This document shows, in pieces, positions 27,774 to 36,934 of a DNA stretch of 64,000 nt. Location of the stretch: assembly GCA_030617105.1 (NCBI GenBank), contig JAUWWC010000001.1, positions 4,759-68,758 on the forward strand. Reading direction: 5' to 3'. Both the position numbers and the translations under genes were made by a program. The stretch is from Candidatus Nealsonbacteria bacterium (GTDB taxonomy: Bacteria; Patescibacteriota; Minisyncoccia; Minisyncoccales; GWA2-38-27). The notes under the pieces are model-generated. The model made no database searches and was not told the DNA's origin. It was given only the letters and a program-made list of their open reading frames with translations. The stretch's first letter is position 1, and every line of letters starts with the position of its first letter.

Positions 27774-27806
27774 AAGCCCTCTTAGGATAATCCTTAGAGG
27801 GCTTTT
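27774..27806. terminator. bidirectional terminator between convergent genes (near-perfect 15-bp palindrome flanked by A-run and T-run)
   Basis: AAAGCCCTCTTAGGA-TAA-TCCTTAGAGGGCTTT read directly. Confidence 0.7.
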
Positions 27807-27846
27807 TATGTACTTATTTTAAGACTATATGTTTAACTTTAGCGAA

Positions 27847-29118
27847 TCAAGGAGTTAATTCTTCTGAAGTGTAAAGGTTCCCTTCAGATAAAATATATAG
27901 CTTTTTATTAGCCCAGAAGATTTTAGGTTCTTTAAACTCAGTCAGGTCAACTATATTTATTCTATCTCGGTCGTCGATTTCGACGACTTTTATTTTATCT
28001 CCAGCATTAAAGATTAAATAATGGTTTGTATACCAGAAAACATTATCAATTCTCTCTGAGAAACGTGTTATAAATAGTTTTTCTCCAGGTTCCTTTTGTG
28101 GCTGGTCATATTTCTTTTCTAAGAATAAAACCCAGATTTCATAATTATTGAAATAAGCCATTTTTCTTGAATCAGGAGAGAATTTGAGATCTTTAATTGG
28201 TTCAAAGAGTTTTTGGAAAGATTTTTTACTTTCATCAAAAATATATAAAATATCATTTTCTTCCAAGAGAATATGAGAGTTGGAAGCTCTGATTTTATAT
28301 TTTGTTTCTTGTTTAACCTCAAAAGGAATCAGATTTAATCTTTCTTGGTTTTTGAAAACAAAGCCAGCTATGTCAAGATAGTAAATATCTTTGTTAGAAA
28401 TAAAGAGGGTAATTACATTTTTCAGTTCTGGGGCAGGGTCCAAGAAGGCTTGTTCAGGCCATTCTAAAAAACCAATAGAGGTCAAAACAGGAGGACTTTT
28501 ATCTATATCTAAAACATAATAATTTATTGTTTCTTTAAGGCCAACTTTCAGCAAGATTTTTTTTGAATCTGGAGAAAATCTTATATCAAACAACTCTACT
28601 TCTTCTTTTGATATGTCTTCTTCATCAATGAGATGGCTTTTGACATTTTTATCTATTTCAAAAAGCTTTAAAGACCAGCCAGGGCTTTTTAAGATTATCT
28701 TTTTCTTGTCTGGAGAAAAGAAAAAGTCCCTTACCCCTTTTGTTATTATTGTAAAGCCTGGGTTTTCTGGGATTAAGACGATATTTTTTGCTTCAGTAGC
28801 CTCTCTTTTCCTTATTTCTAATGTTTTCTCCCACTTATGAAATCCTTGTTTTTTAACCTCCACCTTATATTCTTTAGCCAAGAGATTTTCAATAAGTACT
28901 GAGCCAAAGAAGAAGTCAGTTTTCTCTTTTAGTTCTCCATTAAGATAAATTTCAGCGCTCCGTGGCCAGACCTTGAAATAGAAAATTCCTGGCTGGGTGA
29001 TTTTTTTGGTTTCCCAGTCAAAACGCCAGCCCAGGCAATACAAAACAGCTAAAGGAGCAATAATTAGAAATAAAATTAACAAAGATAAAAATAGAATAGT
29101 CCGCGTTTTATAAGTCAT
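27847..29118 (-). CDS. membrane-anchored protein with PEGA-like domain and TolB-like beta-propeller repeats
   Basis: N-terminal TM; VWPRSAEIYLNGE...KVEVKKQGFHKWE PEGA-like; repeated FSPDSKK/FSPDSRK propeller-like motifs. Confidence 0.5.
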   Translation of the reverse strand: MTYKTRTILFLSLLILFLIIAPLAVLYCLGWRFDWETKKITQPGIFYFKVWPRSAEIYLNGELKEKTDFFFGSVLIENLLAKEYKVEVKKQGFHKWEKTLEIRKREATEAKNIVLIPENPGFTIITKGVRDFFFSPDKKKIILKSPGWSLKLFEIDKNVKSHLIDEEDISKEEVELFDIRFSPDSKKILLKVGLKETINYYVLDIDKSPPVLTSIGFLEWPEQAFLDPAPELKNVITLFISNKDIYYLDIAGFVFKNQERLNLIPFEVKQETKYKIRASNSHILLEENDILYIFDESKKSFQKLFEPIKDLKFSPDSRKMAYFNNYEIWVLFLEKKYDQPQKEPGEKLFITRFSERIDNVFWYTNHYLIFNAGDKIKVVEIDDRDRINIVDLTEFKEPKIFWANKKLYILSEGNLYTSEELTP

Positions 29119-29187
29119 AGATATTTTTTAATTTTACCTTAAATTTTTACCCTTGCCAAGTTTTTGATTTTAGATTAAGATAGGAAT

Positions 29188-30459
29188 ATGGAAGAGAAGT
29201 TTATCATTCAAGGAGGCAATCCTTTAAAAGGAGAAGTTGAAATAAGAGGAGCAAAAAATGCTGCTTTCCCTATATTAGCAGCTTCTGTTTTAACCAAAGA
29301 AACTTGTGTTATTGATAACATTCCTTTGATTGAGGATGTTTTCAAAATGATAAAAATTCTTGAAAAGATGGGAGCTGAAATTTCTTGGACAGGGAAGAGA
29401 AAAATTGAAATAAATTCTTCAAAAGTTAGACCTTCAAAAATTCCTTTTAATCTTGTAGCATGTTTTAGAGGGTCTGTTTTAGTTTTAGGAGGATTATTGG
29501 GTCGTTTCAATAGAGTAAAGATTCCTTCTCCTGGCGGGTGCCTTATTGGGGCAAGGCCTATTGATACTCATTTAGATGCTTTTGAGCAAGCAGGGGTTAG
29601 AGTTTCTCCAGAGAGCGGATTTTATTGCTTTGAAAAGAGAAAAGAGGACAAAGCAATTGAGGTTATTCTTAAAGAAATAAGCGTTACAGCAACAGAGAAT
29701 ATGCTTTTGTTTGCTGCTGCTAATTCTAAGAAAACAGTTATTAAGATAGCTGATCAGGATTATCAGGTTCAAGATTTGATTAAAGTTCTTGAGAAAATGG
29801 GTGCTGAAATTAAACACTCTGGAGTTAGGGAATTAGAAATTATTGGAAAGAAAAGATTAAAAGGATTTAAACACTTTATAATGTATGATCCTATTGAAGC
29901 AGGCACTTTTATTATTGCAGCTTTGGCAACAAGAGGACAAGTAATAATTAAAAATGCTGAATTATCCTTTCTTAGTTTATTTTTAAAAAGATTAAAGGAC
30001 TTCGGCGCTAATTTTAAAATATTAGATTCAAAAACTATTAGAGTTTTACCTTCAAAAAAGCTTAAAATTGATAAAATTCAAAGTTTACCCTACCCTGGTA
30101 TTCATTCTGATTTGCAGCCAGAATTAGGCGTATTGGCAACTCAGACGAAAGGTGCCACTTTAATACATGATCCTTTGTTTGAAGGTAGATTAAGATATCT
30201 TAATGAGTTAAATAAGATGGGAGCTGATATTATTTTCTGCGATCCTTATAGAGCTATTGTTTATGGTCCAAGCCAGCTTCAGGCAATTGAGATGCCTAGT
30301 TCAGACATTAGGGCTGGAGCAGCAATGATTATTGCAGGACTTATCGCAAAAGGAACAACTGTTATTCATAATGTTTATCAGATTGATAGAGGGTATGAAA
30401 AGATAGAAGAGCGTCTTCAGAAATTAGGAGCAGATATAAAAAGAAGAATCCAAAAGTAA
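29188..30459 (+). CDS. murA: UDP-N-acetylglucosamine 1-carboxyvinyltransferase
   Basis: IRGAKNAAFPILAASVL EPT-fold N-terminus, 423 aa. Confidence 0.85.
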   Translation: MEEKFIIQGGNPLKGEVEIRGAKNAAFPILAASVLTKETCVIDNIPLIEDVFKMIKILEKMGAEISWTGKRKIEINSSKVRPSKIPFNLVACFRGSVLVLGGLLGRFNRVKIPSPGGCLIGARPIDTHLDAFEQAGVRVSPESGFYCFEKRKEDKAIEVILKEISVTATENMLLFAAANSKKTVIKIADQDYQVQDLIKVLEKMGAEIKHSGVRELEIIGKKRLKGFKHFIMYDPIEAGTFIIAALATRGQVIIKNAELSFLSLFLKRLKDFGANFKILDSKTIRVLPSKKLKIDKIQSLPYPGIHSDLQPELGVLATQTKGATLIHDPLFEGRLRYLNELNKMGADIIFCDPYRAIVYGPSQLQAIEMPSSDIRAGAAMIIAGLIAKGTTVIHNVYQIDRGYEKIEERLQKLGADIKRRIQK

Positions 30460-30460
30460 T

Positions 30461-31468
30461 ATGTTTATTAAGAAAATTGGCATTGATTTAGGAACCTGCA
30501 ATTCAGTGGTTTTTACTCCTAAAAAAGGAGTGGTTTTGACTGAACCTTCAGTAGTAGCAGTTACTCTTGCTGAAAACAAAATTCTGGCTGTAGGTCAAGA
30601 AGCAAAAGAAATGACTGGTCGAACACCTGATACGATTAGGATTTATAGACCTTTAAAAGATGGAGTAATTGCTGATTATAGAGTTACTGAAGCAATGCTG
30701 AGATATTTTGTTAAGAGAGCAGCAAGAAGTTTTAGGTTTTTTAAACCAGAGCTTTTAGTTGGAGTACCAGCTGGTATCACTTCTACTGAGAAAAGAGCAG
30801 TGATTGAAGCTGGGATGGCAGCTGGAGCTAAGGGAGTTTACGTTGCTAAAGAGCCAATTTTAGCTGCAATTGGGGCTGGCATTCCTATTAATTCTTGTTC
30901 AGGCCATATGATTGTTGATATTGGCGGAGGGACTTCAGAAGTAGCTGTGATTTCTCTTGGCGGGATAGTAACTTGCAGTTCTCTTAGAGTAGCTGGAGAT
31001 AAAATGGACCAGGCAATTTCCAATTACATCAAGAAGAAGTATAATCTGGCTATTGGTGAACAGACAGCTGAAGAGATAAAGATAAAAATTGGCACAGCTT
31101 TGCCAGAGAAGGAAGAGAAAGAAATGGAAATCAGGGGCAGGAATTTAATTTCTGGCTTGCCTCAGAACATTAAGATTAGTTCTAACGAGGTTTGTGAGGC
31201 AATTTCTGACCGGCTTGATGAAATTGTTCAGATAGTTAAGGCAGTTTTAAGAGAGACGCCTCCTGAGCTTTCAGCTGATATTATGGATAAAGGAATGATT
31301 CTTTCAGGCGGGGGAGCATTGGTTAGAAATATTGATGGACTTATTGCTCGGGCTACTGGAGTTCCTTGTTTTTTAGCTGAAGATCCATTGCTTTGCGTTG
31401 CAAAAGGACCAGGAGTAGTGCTGGAGAGTCTTGAAGCATATAAGAAGAGTATAATGACTAAAAAGTGA
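30461..31468 (+). CDS. mreB: rod shape-determining protein MreB
   Basis: IGIDLGTCNSVVF, DIGGGTSEVAVISLGG actin-fold motifs. Confidence 0.8.
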   Translation: MFIKKIGIDLGTCNSVVFTPKKGVVLTEPSVVAVTLAENKILAVGQEAKEMTGRTPDTIRIYRPLKDGVIADYRVTEAMLRYFVKRAARSFRFFKPELLVGVPAGITSTEKRAVIEAGMAAGAKGVYVAKEPILAAIGAGIPINSCSGHMIVDIGGGTSEVAVISLGGIVTCSSLRVAGDKMDQAISNYIKKKYNLAIGEQTAEEIKIKIGTALPEKEEKEMEIRGRNLISGLPQNIKISSNEVCEAISDRLDEIVQIVKAVLRETPPELSADIMDKGMILSGGGALVRNIDGLIARATGVPCFLAEDPLLCVAKGPGVVLESLEAYKKSIMTKK

Positions 31469-31469
31469 T

Positions 31470-32216
31470 ATGACCGCTCATCAGAAACAATGGCAATTTT
31501 TAAAAAAATCAGTTGAGCTTGGGAAACTTCCCCATGCTCTTTTGTTCTATGGCCAACAGGGCTTAGGGAAAAAAGCATTAGCAATTGAGTTTTCCAAGTT
31601 TCTTATCAAGGAAATAAGTCCTCCTGATTTTATTTTAATTGAACCTCAAGGCAAAGAAATCCAGATTGCTCAAATAAGAAACCTTATACAAAAACTTTGT
31701 TTCAAACCGTATTTAGCTGATTTTAAAATTGCAGTTATAAATAAAGCTCACTTAATGACCCAAGAATCTCAAAACTGCTTTTTAAAGTTTCTTGAGGAGC
31801 CAACAGATAAAACATATTTAATTCTAATAACGGAATATCCTGCAATGCTTGTTCCAACTATTCTTTCCCGGGTTCAGAAAATTAGGTTTTTTCCTGAAAA
31901 GGGTTTTGAAATTGAGGATAATAAAGAGCTGATTTCAGATTTAGTAAAGATAACTAAATCTGATTTAGCATCTCGCTTTCAATATGCTAAGAATGTTTCA
32001 TTAGAGGATTTGAAAGAAACTTTAGATACCTGGCTAAGATATTTCAGAAAGATATTCATTAACAGATTAACCGGGCAAAGAATAGAAGATTTTAATCAGT
32101 ATTCTTTATCTAAACTAAAAGAGATTATAAGGCATATTCAATCCACAAAATTTCTAATCTCCACCACTAACACCAACCCCCGCCTCGCTTTAGAAATTTT
32201 GCTAATGGAATTTTAA
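31470..32216 (+). CDS. holB: DNA polymerase III delta-prime subunit-like AAA+ clamp-loader protein
   Basis: HALLFYGQQGLGKKALA Walker-A-like, 248 aa. Confidence 0.55.
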   Translation: MTAHQKQWQFLKKSVELGKLPHALLFYGQQGLGKKALAIEFSKFLIKEISPPDFILIEPQGKEIQIAQIRNLIQKLCFKPYLADFKIAVINKAHLMTQESQNCFLKFLEEPTDKTYLILITEYPAMLVPTILSRVQKIRFFPEKGFEIEDNKELISDLVKITKSDLASRFQYAKNVSLEDLKETLDTWLRYFRKIFINRLTGQRIEDFNQYSLSKLKEIIRHIQSTKFLISTTNTNPRLALEILLMEF

Positions 32217-32315
32217 AATCATTGACCAATTCGTCTAATTTGTTTAATATATAATTAGTTACCGAAGATCTTTCGGTTTTAACAAGTAAATAATTTCAGA
32301 AAGGAGCAAAAGATA

Positions 32316-32627
32316 ATGAAAGAACATATTGGAGAATTGATTATAGGAATATTTCGAGGCGTATTTAGAATTTCATCATGGATTACTCAAAAAAATTGCA
32401 TCCTGGGATTTAGCTGGTTATTTATAGTAGCCTTTGGAAGTTGTATGCTGATGAACTACTTTGGGAAAGTAGCCTCTGGATGGAGGATATACTCTGGATT
32501 AGGGTTAGGAATAGGATTCGCTGCTGTGGCAACAGTGATTATAGTAATTACATGTTTGGGTTTTCTTTATGGTTCTGGAAAAATTAAAGAAGAAATCAAC
32601 CCAGATAGTCAGAAAGCTTGGGGTTAA
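32316..32627 (+). CDS. small membrane protein (103 aa)
   Basis: three hydrophobic segments; good SD AGGAG. Confidence 0.4.
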   Translation: MKEHIGELIIGIFRGVFRISSWITQKNCILGFSWLFIVAFGSCMLMNYFGKVASGWRIYSGLGLGIGFAAVATVIIVITCLGFLYGSGKIKEEINPDSQKAWG

Positions 32628-32692
32628 TAAAATCCCAAGCTTTTTTTGTTTTGCTCGACAGGGGATGGATTTTTTGTTATTATAAAATATCT

Positions 32693-33250
32693 ATGGAATA
32701 CAAGGAGATTATTGATAAAATTAAGCCGGAGATGGAGAAAGTTATTAGTTTCTTAGAAAGGGAATTGGCTAAGATTAGGACTGGCAGGGCTTCGGTTTCT
32801 TTGATTGAAGATATAGTTGTTGAATGTTTTGGCCAGAAGTTTCCTTTAAAGCAATTAGCAGCAATATCTTCTCCAAGCCTTAAGCAGATTGTTATTCAAC
32901 CCTGGGATAAGTCATATATTGAGCCAATTGAGAAAGCGGTTTCTCAATCAAGCTTGGGAGCAGCTCCAATTGTTGATAAAGATTTAATTCGTATTTCTTT
33001 GCCTCCTTTAAGTGAAGAGTATAGAAATAATTTACTTAGAATTCTTTCAGAAAAGCAAGAAGAGGCAAGGAAAACAATAAGGCATTGGAGAGGAGAGGGC
33101 TGGGAGGAAGTTCAAGAGAAAACCAAAGATGGAGAGATTAGAGAGGATGATAAATTTAGAGCTAAAGATGAACTTCAGGATTTAATTGATGAGTATAATA
33201 AGAAGATAGAGGAAATGGGAGAGAGGAAGAAAAAAGAAATATTAGAGTAA
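32693..33250 (+). CDS. frr: ribosome recycling factor (start trimmed to MEYKEIID)
   Basis: RTGRASVSLIEDIVVECFGQK...LKQLAAIS RRF signature. Confidence 0.8.
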   Translation: MEYKEIIDKIKPEMEKVISFLERELAKIRTGRASVSLIEDIVVECFGQKFPLKQLAAISSPSLKQIVIQPWDKSYIEPIEKAVSQSSLGAAPIVDKDLIRISLPPLSEEYRNNLLRILSEKQEEARKTIRHWRGEGWEEVQEKTKDGEIREDDKFRAKDELQDLIDEYNKKIEEMGERKKKEILE

Positions 33251-33251
33251 T

Positions 33252-34337
33252 ATGATATTAATAATTGTTACAGCTTTTTTTAGCCTCATTGGGTTAATAA
33301 TATTGCATGAATTAGGTCATTTTGTTTTAGCTAAAAAGTTTGGAGTAAAGGTTGAAGAGTTTGGCTTGGGTTATCCTCCCAGATTGTTTGGAAAGAAAAT
33401 AGGGGAGACAATTTATTCTTTAAATCTTTTGCCTTTTGGTGCTTTTGTTAAGATTTATGGTCAGGAAAAAAGAGCAAAGGGGCCTCGGAGTTTTGGTGCT
33501 AAACCTTTTTGGCAGAAAGCTCTTATCATATTAGGCGGGGTTGTAAGTTTCTGGATAGTTGCTGCAATTTTATTAAGCATTGTAATGGGACTTGGTGTTC
33601 CATCAATGATAGATGATGAAGAAGGCGGTATTTTAAAAGATCCTAAAGTTCAGATTATTAGTATTGTTTCTAATTCTCCAGCTGAACAAGCAGAATTAAA
33701 ACTTGGAGATGCAATTAAAAATGTTAAATGTCAGATATTAGATGCTGAAATCAATAAGGTGAAAGAGGTTCAAGAATCAATTGACATTTGCAAAGGACAA
33801 GAAACTGTTTTAACAATTCAAAGAGGAAGGGATATTTTTGATGTTTCTTTAATTCCAAGGATTTCTCATCCCAAAGAAGAAGGTCCAATGGGAGTAGCCT
33901 TAGTTAGAACAGCTTTAAAATCCTATCCTTGGTATCAAGCTCCAAATGAAGGAACTAAAGCTACAGCAGCTTTAACAATAGCAGTAATTAGAGGATGGGG
34001 AATGGTTTTTTCAAGTTTATTTCAAGGCAAGGGAATTCCTCCTGGCGTTGAGATTGGAGGGCCAGTGAGAATCTTTGAACTTTTTGTTGATGTAGGAACC
34101 TTAGGAGTAAATTATTTCTTGCAGTTTATAGCTTTAATTTCTATTTCTCTTGCTTTAATTAATATCCTGCCTATTCCAGCCTTGGACGGCGGCTGGTTGT
34201 TATTTCTTGTTATTGAAAAATTAAGGGGAAAGCCATTAAATGATAAGATTGTTCAGAAGATCAGTATTACTTTCTTTTTCTTATTAATTGCTTTAATGAT
34301 TTGGATTACAATAAAAGATATTATTAGATTGTTTTAA
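33252..34337 (+). CDS. rseP: RIP site-2 metalloprotease RseP-like
   Basis: HELGHF zinc motif in TM1, PDZ-like middle, LDGG motif near C-terminus. Confidence 0.75.
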   Translation: MILIIVTAFFSLIGLIILHELGHFVLAKKFGVKVEEFGLGYPPRLFGKKIGETIYSLNLLPFGAFVKIYGQEKRAKGPRSFGAKPFWQKALIILGGVVSFWIVAAILLSIVMGLGVPSMIDDEEGGILKDPKVQIISIVSNSPAEQAELKLGDAIKNVKCQILDAEINKVKEVQESIDICKGQETVLTIQRGRDIFDVSLIPRISHPKEEGPMGVALVRTALKSYPWYQAPNEGTKATAALTIAVIRGWGMVFSSLFQGKGIPPGVEIGGPVRIFELFVDVGTLGVNYFLQFIALISISLALINILPIPALDGGWLLFLVIEKLRGKPLNDKIVQKISITFFFLLIALMIWITIKDIIRLF

Positions 34338-34343
34338 AATAAT

Positions 34344-35588
34344 ATGAAACAGTCAAAACTTTTTTATAAAACAATGAAAAAAGCTCCAAAAGCAGCTGAG
34401 ATTGCTTCTCATAAGTTATTATTGAGAAGTGATTTTATTTCTCAACTTGCTTCAGGCATTTATACTTTTCTTCCTTTAGGATACAAGGTTCATCAGAAAA
34501 GAGAGAGTATTATTAGACAGGAAATGGATTCAATCGGAGGCCAGGAGATTTTTATGCCTTCTTTTCAGCCAAAAGAACTTTGGCAGAAAACAGGTCGTTG
34601 GGTCAATATGGATCCTCCTCTTTTTAAAATAAAAGATAGGCACAAGAAAGAGTTTGCATTAGGTTCAACCCATGAAGAAGTAATTACAGATTTAGTTAAA
34701 GATAGAATTCAATCATATAAGGATCTTCCTTTAGCTCTTTATCAGATTCAGAATAAGTTTAGAAATGAAATGCGTTTTACAGGAGGTCTTTTACGCGCAA
34801 GAGAATTTGTAATGAAGGACCTTTATAGTTTTCATACTGATAATAATGATTTAGAAAAGTTCTTTAATAAGGTTCTCAAAGCTTATGACAAAATTTATAA
34901 CAGATGTGGCTTGAAAGCTGTGAAAAGCGAAGCATCTGGAGGAGTGTTTACCAAAGAGAAAACCTATGAGTTTCAGGTATTGTCAGAAATAGGGGAAGAT
35001 AGAATAATTCATTGTGAAAAATGCAATTGGGCAATGAATTTAGAAAACATAAACAAAAACAAGATGCCTAAGAGGTGCCCAGAATGTAATGGTAAAGTAG
35101 TTAAGAAGAATTCTATTGAAGTGGGCCATACTTTTAAACTGGGAACAAAGTATTCCAAAGACCTTAATCTTTATTTCAAAGGCAAAAAGGGAGAAAATAG
35201 ATTAGTATTAATGGGATGTTATGGAATTGGCATAGGAAGGTTAATGGCAACAGTTGTTGAAATTAATCATGATGATAAAGGAATTATTTGGCCAGAAGAG
35301 GTGGCTCCTTTTCAGGTTCATTTAATTCAGATTGAGGATAATCAGAAAGTTAGAAAAGCAGCAGAGAAGCTGTATAAAGATTTACAAAACAAAGGAGTTG
35401 AAGTACTATATGATGATAGAACCGATAAGAGTGCTGGAGAGAAGTTTGCTGAAGCAGATTTAATTGGAATTCCAATTCGGCTGGTTGTGAGCGAAAAAAC
35501 ATTGAAAAAGAACTCTCTAGAGGTTAAAAATAGAGATAAAAATAAAGTATGCTTAATAAAATTTTCTCATATATCTCAAATAATATAG
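34344..35588 (+). CDS. proS: prolyl-tRNA synthetase (short form, with Cys4 zinc site)
   Basis: class II motifs, FRNEMRFTGGLLRAREF; CEKC...CPEC. Confidence 0.8.
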   Translation: MKQSKLFYKTMKKAPKAAEIASHKLLLRSDFISQLASGIYTFLPLGYKVHQKRESIIRQEMDSIGGQEIFMPSFQPKELWQKTGRWVNMDPPLFKIKDRHKKEFALGSTHEEVITDLVKDRIQSYKDLPLALYQIQNKFRNEMRFTGGLLRAREFVMKDLYSFHTDNNDLEKFFNKVLKAYDKIYNRCGLKAVKSEASGGVFTKEKTYEFQVLSEIGEDRIIHCEKCNWAMNLENINKNKMPKRCPECNGKVVKKNSIEVGHTFKLGTKYSKDLNLYFKGKKGENRLVLMGCYGIGIGRLMATVVEINHDDKGIIWPEEVAPFQVHLIQIEDNQKVRKAAEKLYKDLQNKGVEVLYDDRTDKSAGEKFAEADLIGIPIRLVVSEKTLKKNSLEVKNRDKNKVCLIKFSHISQII

Positions 35589-36601
35589 CCATTGACTTAG
35601 GAACTGCGAATTCTTTGGTTTATGTTCAGGGCAAGGGGATAGTTATTAATGAACCTTCAGTAGTTGCAATAAACAAGAAAACAGGCCAGATTTTGGCAAT
35701 TGGTGAAGAAGCTAAGAAAATGGTTGGCCGGACTCCAGCTCATATTGTAGCTACCAGGCCTTTGGTTGACGGAGTGGTTTCTGATTTTGAGGTTACAGAG
35801 CAAATGCTCAAGTATTTTATTGAGAAGGTTCACAAAAGAAAATTTATCCTAGGCCCCCGTCCTCGAGTTATTGTTGGTATTCCTTATGGAGTTACTGAAG
35901 TTGAGAAGAAGGCAGTTCGTGATGCTACTAAAAATGCTGGAGCAAGAGATGTTTTTTTGATAGAAGAGCCAATGGCAGCAGCTATTGGGGCAAGGTTAGC
36001 AGTTCAGGAAGCTGGCGGCAACTTTGTTGTTGATATTGGAGGAGGGACAACTGAAGTAGCAGTAATTTCTCTTGGAGGAGTAGTTATTGCCAAGAGCTTG
36101 CGCATTGCTGGAGATAGGCTTAATGAAGATATAATTCAGTTTGCTCAAGATGAGTATAAGTTGTTAATAGGAGAGAGGGGAGCTGAAGAGGTTAAAATTG
36201 GAATCGGCTCTGCTTATCCTTTAAAAGAAAAAAGAGAGCTTCCCTTGAGAGGAAGAAATCTAATTACTGGTCTGCCAGAAGAGATTTTGGTTAATGATGA
36301 AGATATTAGAAAGGCCTTGAGCAAGTCAGTAAAGCAGATTGTTACAGCTATAAAAACTACAGTAGAAGAAACCCCGCCTGAACTTTTAGCTGATATTATG
36401 GCAAAAGGGATTCATTTAGCAGGCGGTGGCAGTTTGCTTAAAGGATTAAGTATTTTAATCCAAGAAGAGGTGAAGATTCCTGTTAAAATTATTGAGGATC
36501 CAATGACTGTAATGGTTAGGGGAGCAGGAATGGTTTTAGAAGATCTTGATGGATTGCATGAGATATTAGCTGAGACAGAAGAAATGGAACCACCAAGATA
36601 A
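35549..36601 (+). CDS. mreB: rod shape-determining protein MreB, second paralog
   Basis: IAIDLGTANSLVYV, DIGGGTTEVAVISLGG. Confidence 0.8.
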   Translation: MLNKIFSYISNNIAIDLGTANSLVYVQGKGIVINEPSVVAINKKTGQILAIGEEAKKMVGRTPAHIVATRPLVDGVVSDFEVTEQMLKYFIEKVHKRKFILGPRPRVIVGIPYGVTEVEKKAVRDATKNAGARDVFLIEEPMAAAIGARLAVQEAGGNFVVDIGGGTTEVAVISLGGVVIAKSLRIAGDRLNEDIIQFAQDEYKLLIGERGAEEVKIGIGSAYPLKEKRELPLRGRNLITGLPEEILVNDEDIRKALSKSVKQIVTAIKTTVEETPPELLADIMAKGIHLAGGGSLLKGLSILIQEEVKIPVKIIEDPMTVMVRGAGMVLEDLDGLHEILAETEEMEPPR

Positions 36602-36628
36602 TAATTTTTAATTTTTAATTTTAAAACT

Positions 36629-36934
36629 ATGATATCCCAAGAAGATACTAAACATATAGCTAAGTTAGCTAGATTAGGTTTGAAAGAAGCCGAGATTAAG
36701 AAGTTCCAGAAAGAGCTTTCTTCAATTTTGAATTACTTTAATTTGTTAAAAAAGGTTGATGTTTCAAATGTTGAACCAACTTTTCACCCAGGTGAGAATT
36801 ATTTCAAAGAAAGATTAGACATAATGAGGCAGGATAAAGCGGAATCTGAAAAACCCGAGAAAGTAAATAAACTCATTGAAGCTGCTCCTGACAAGAAAAA
36901 AAGACACATTAAAGTTAAGGCAGTGTTTAAATGA
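36629..36934 (+). CDS. gatC: Asp/Glu-tRNA(Asn/Gln) amidotransferase subunit C
   Basis: ~100 aa, VKHIAKLARL-like N-terminus; precedes gatA with 4-nt overlap. Confidence 0.7.
   Translation: MISQEDTKHIAKLARLGLKEAEIKKFQKELSSILNYFNLLKKVDVSNVEPTFHPGENYFKERLDIMRQDKAESEKPEKVNKLIEAAPDKKKRHIKVKAVFK

Noticed and set aside
17201-29120. Prophage or integrative-element origin of the accessory island
   Set aside because: No integrase, transposase, attachment-site repeats or flanking tRNA were seen. tRNAs are at 39.9-40.1 kb, not at the island edges.
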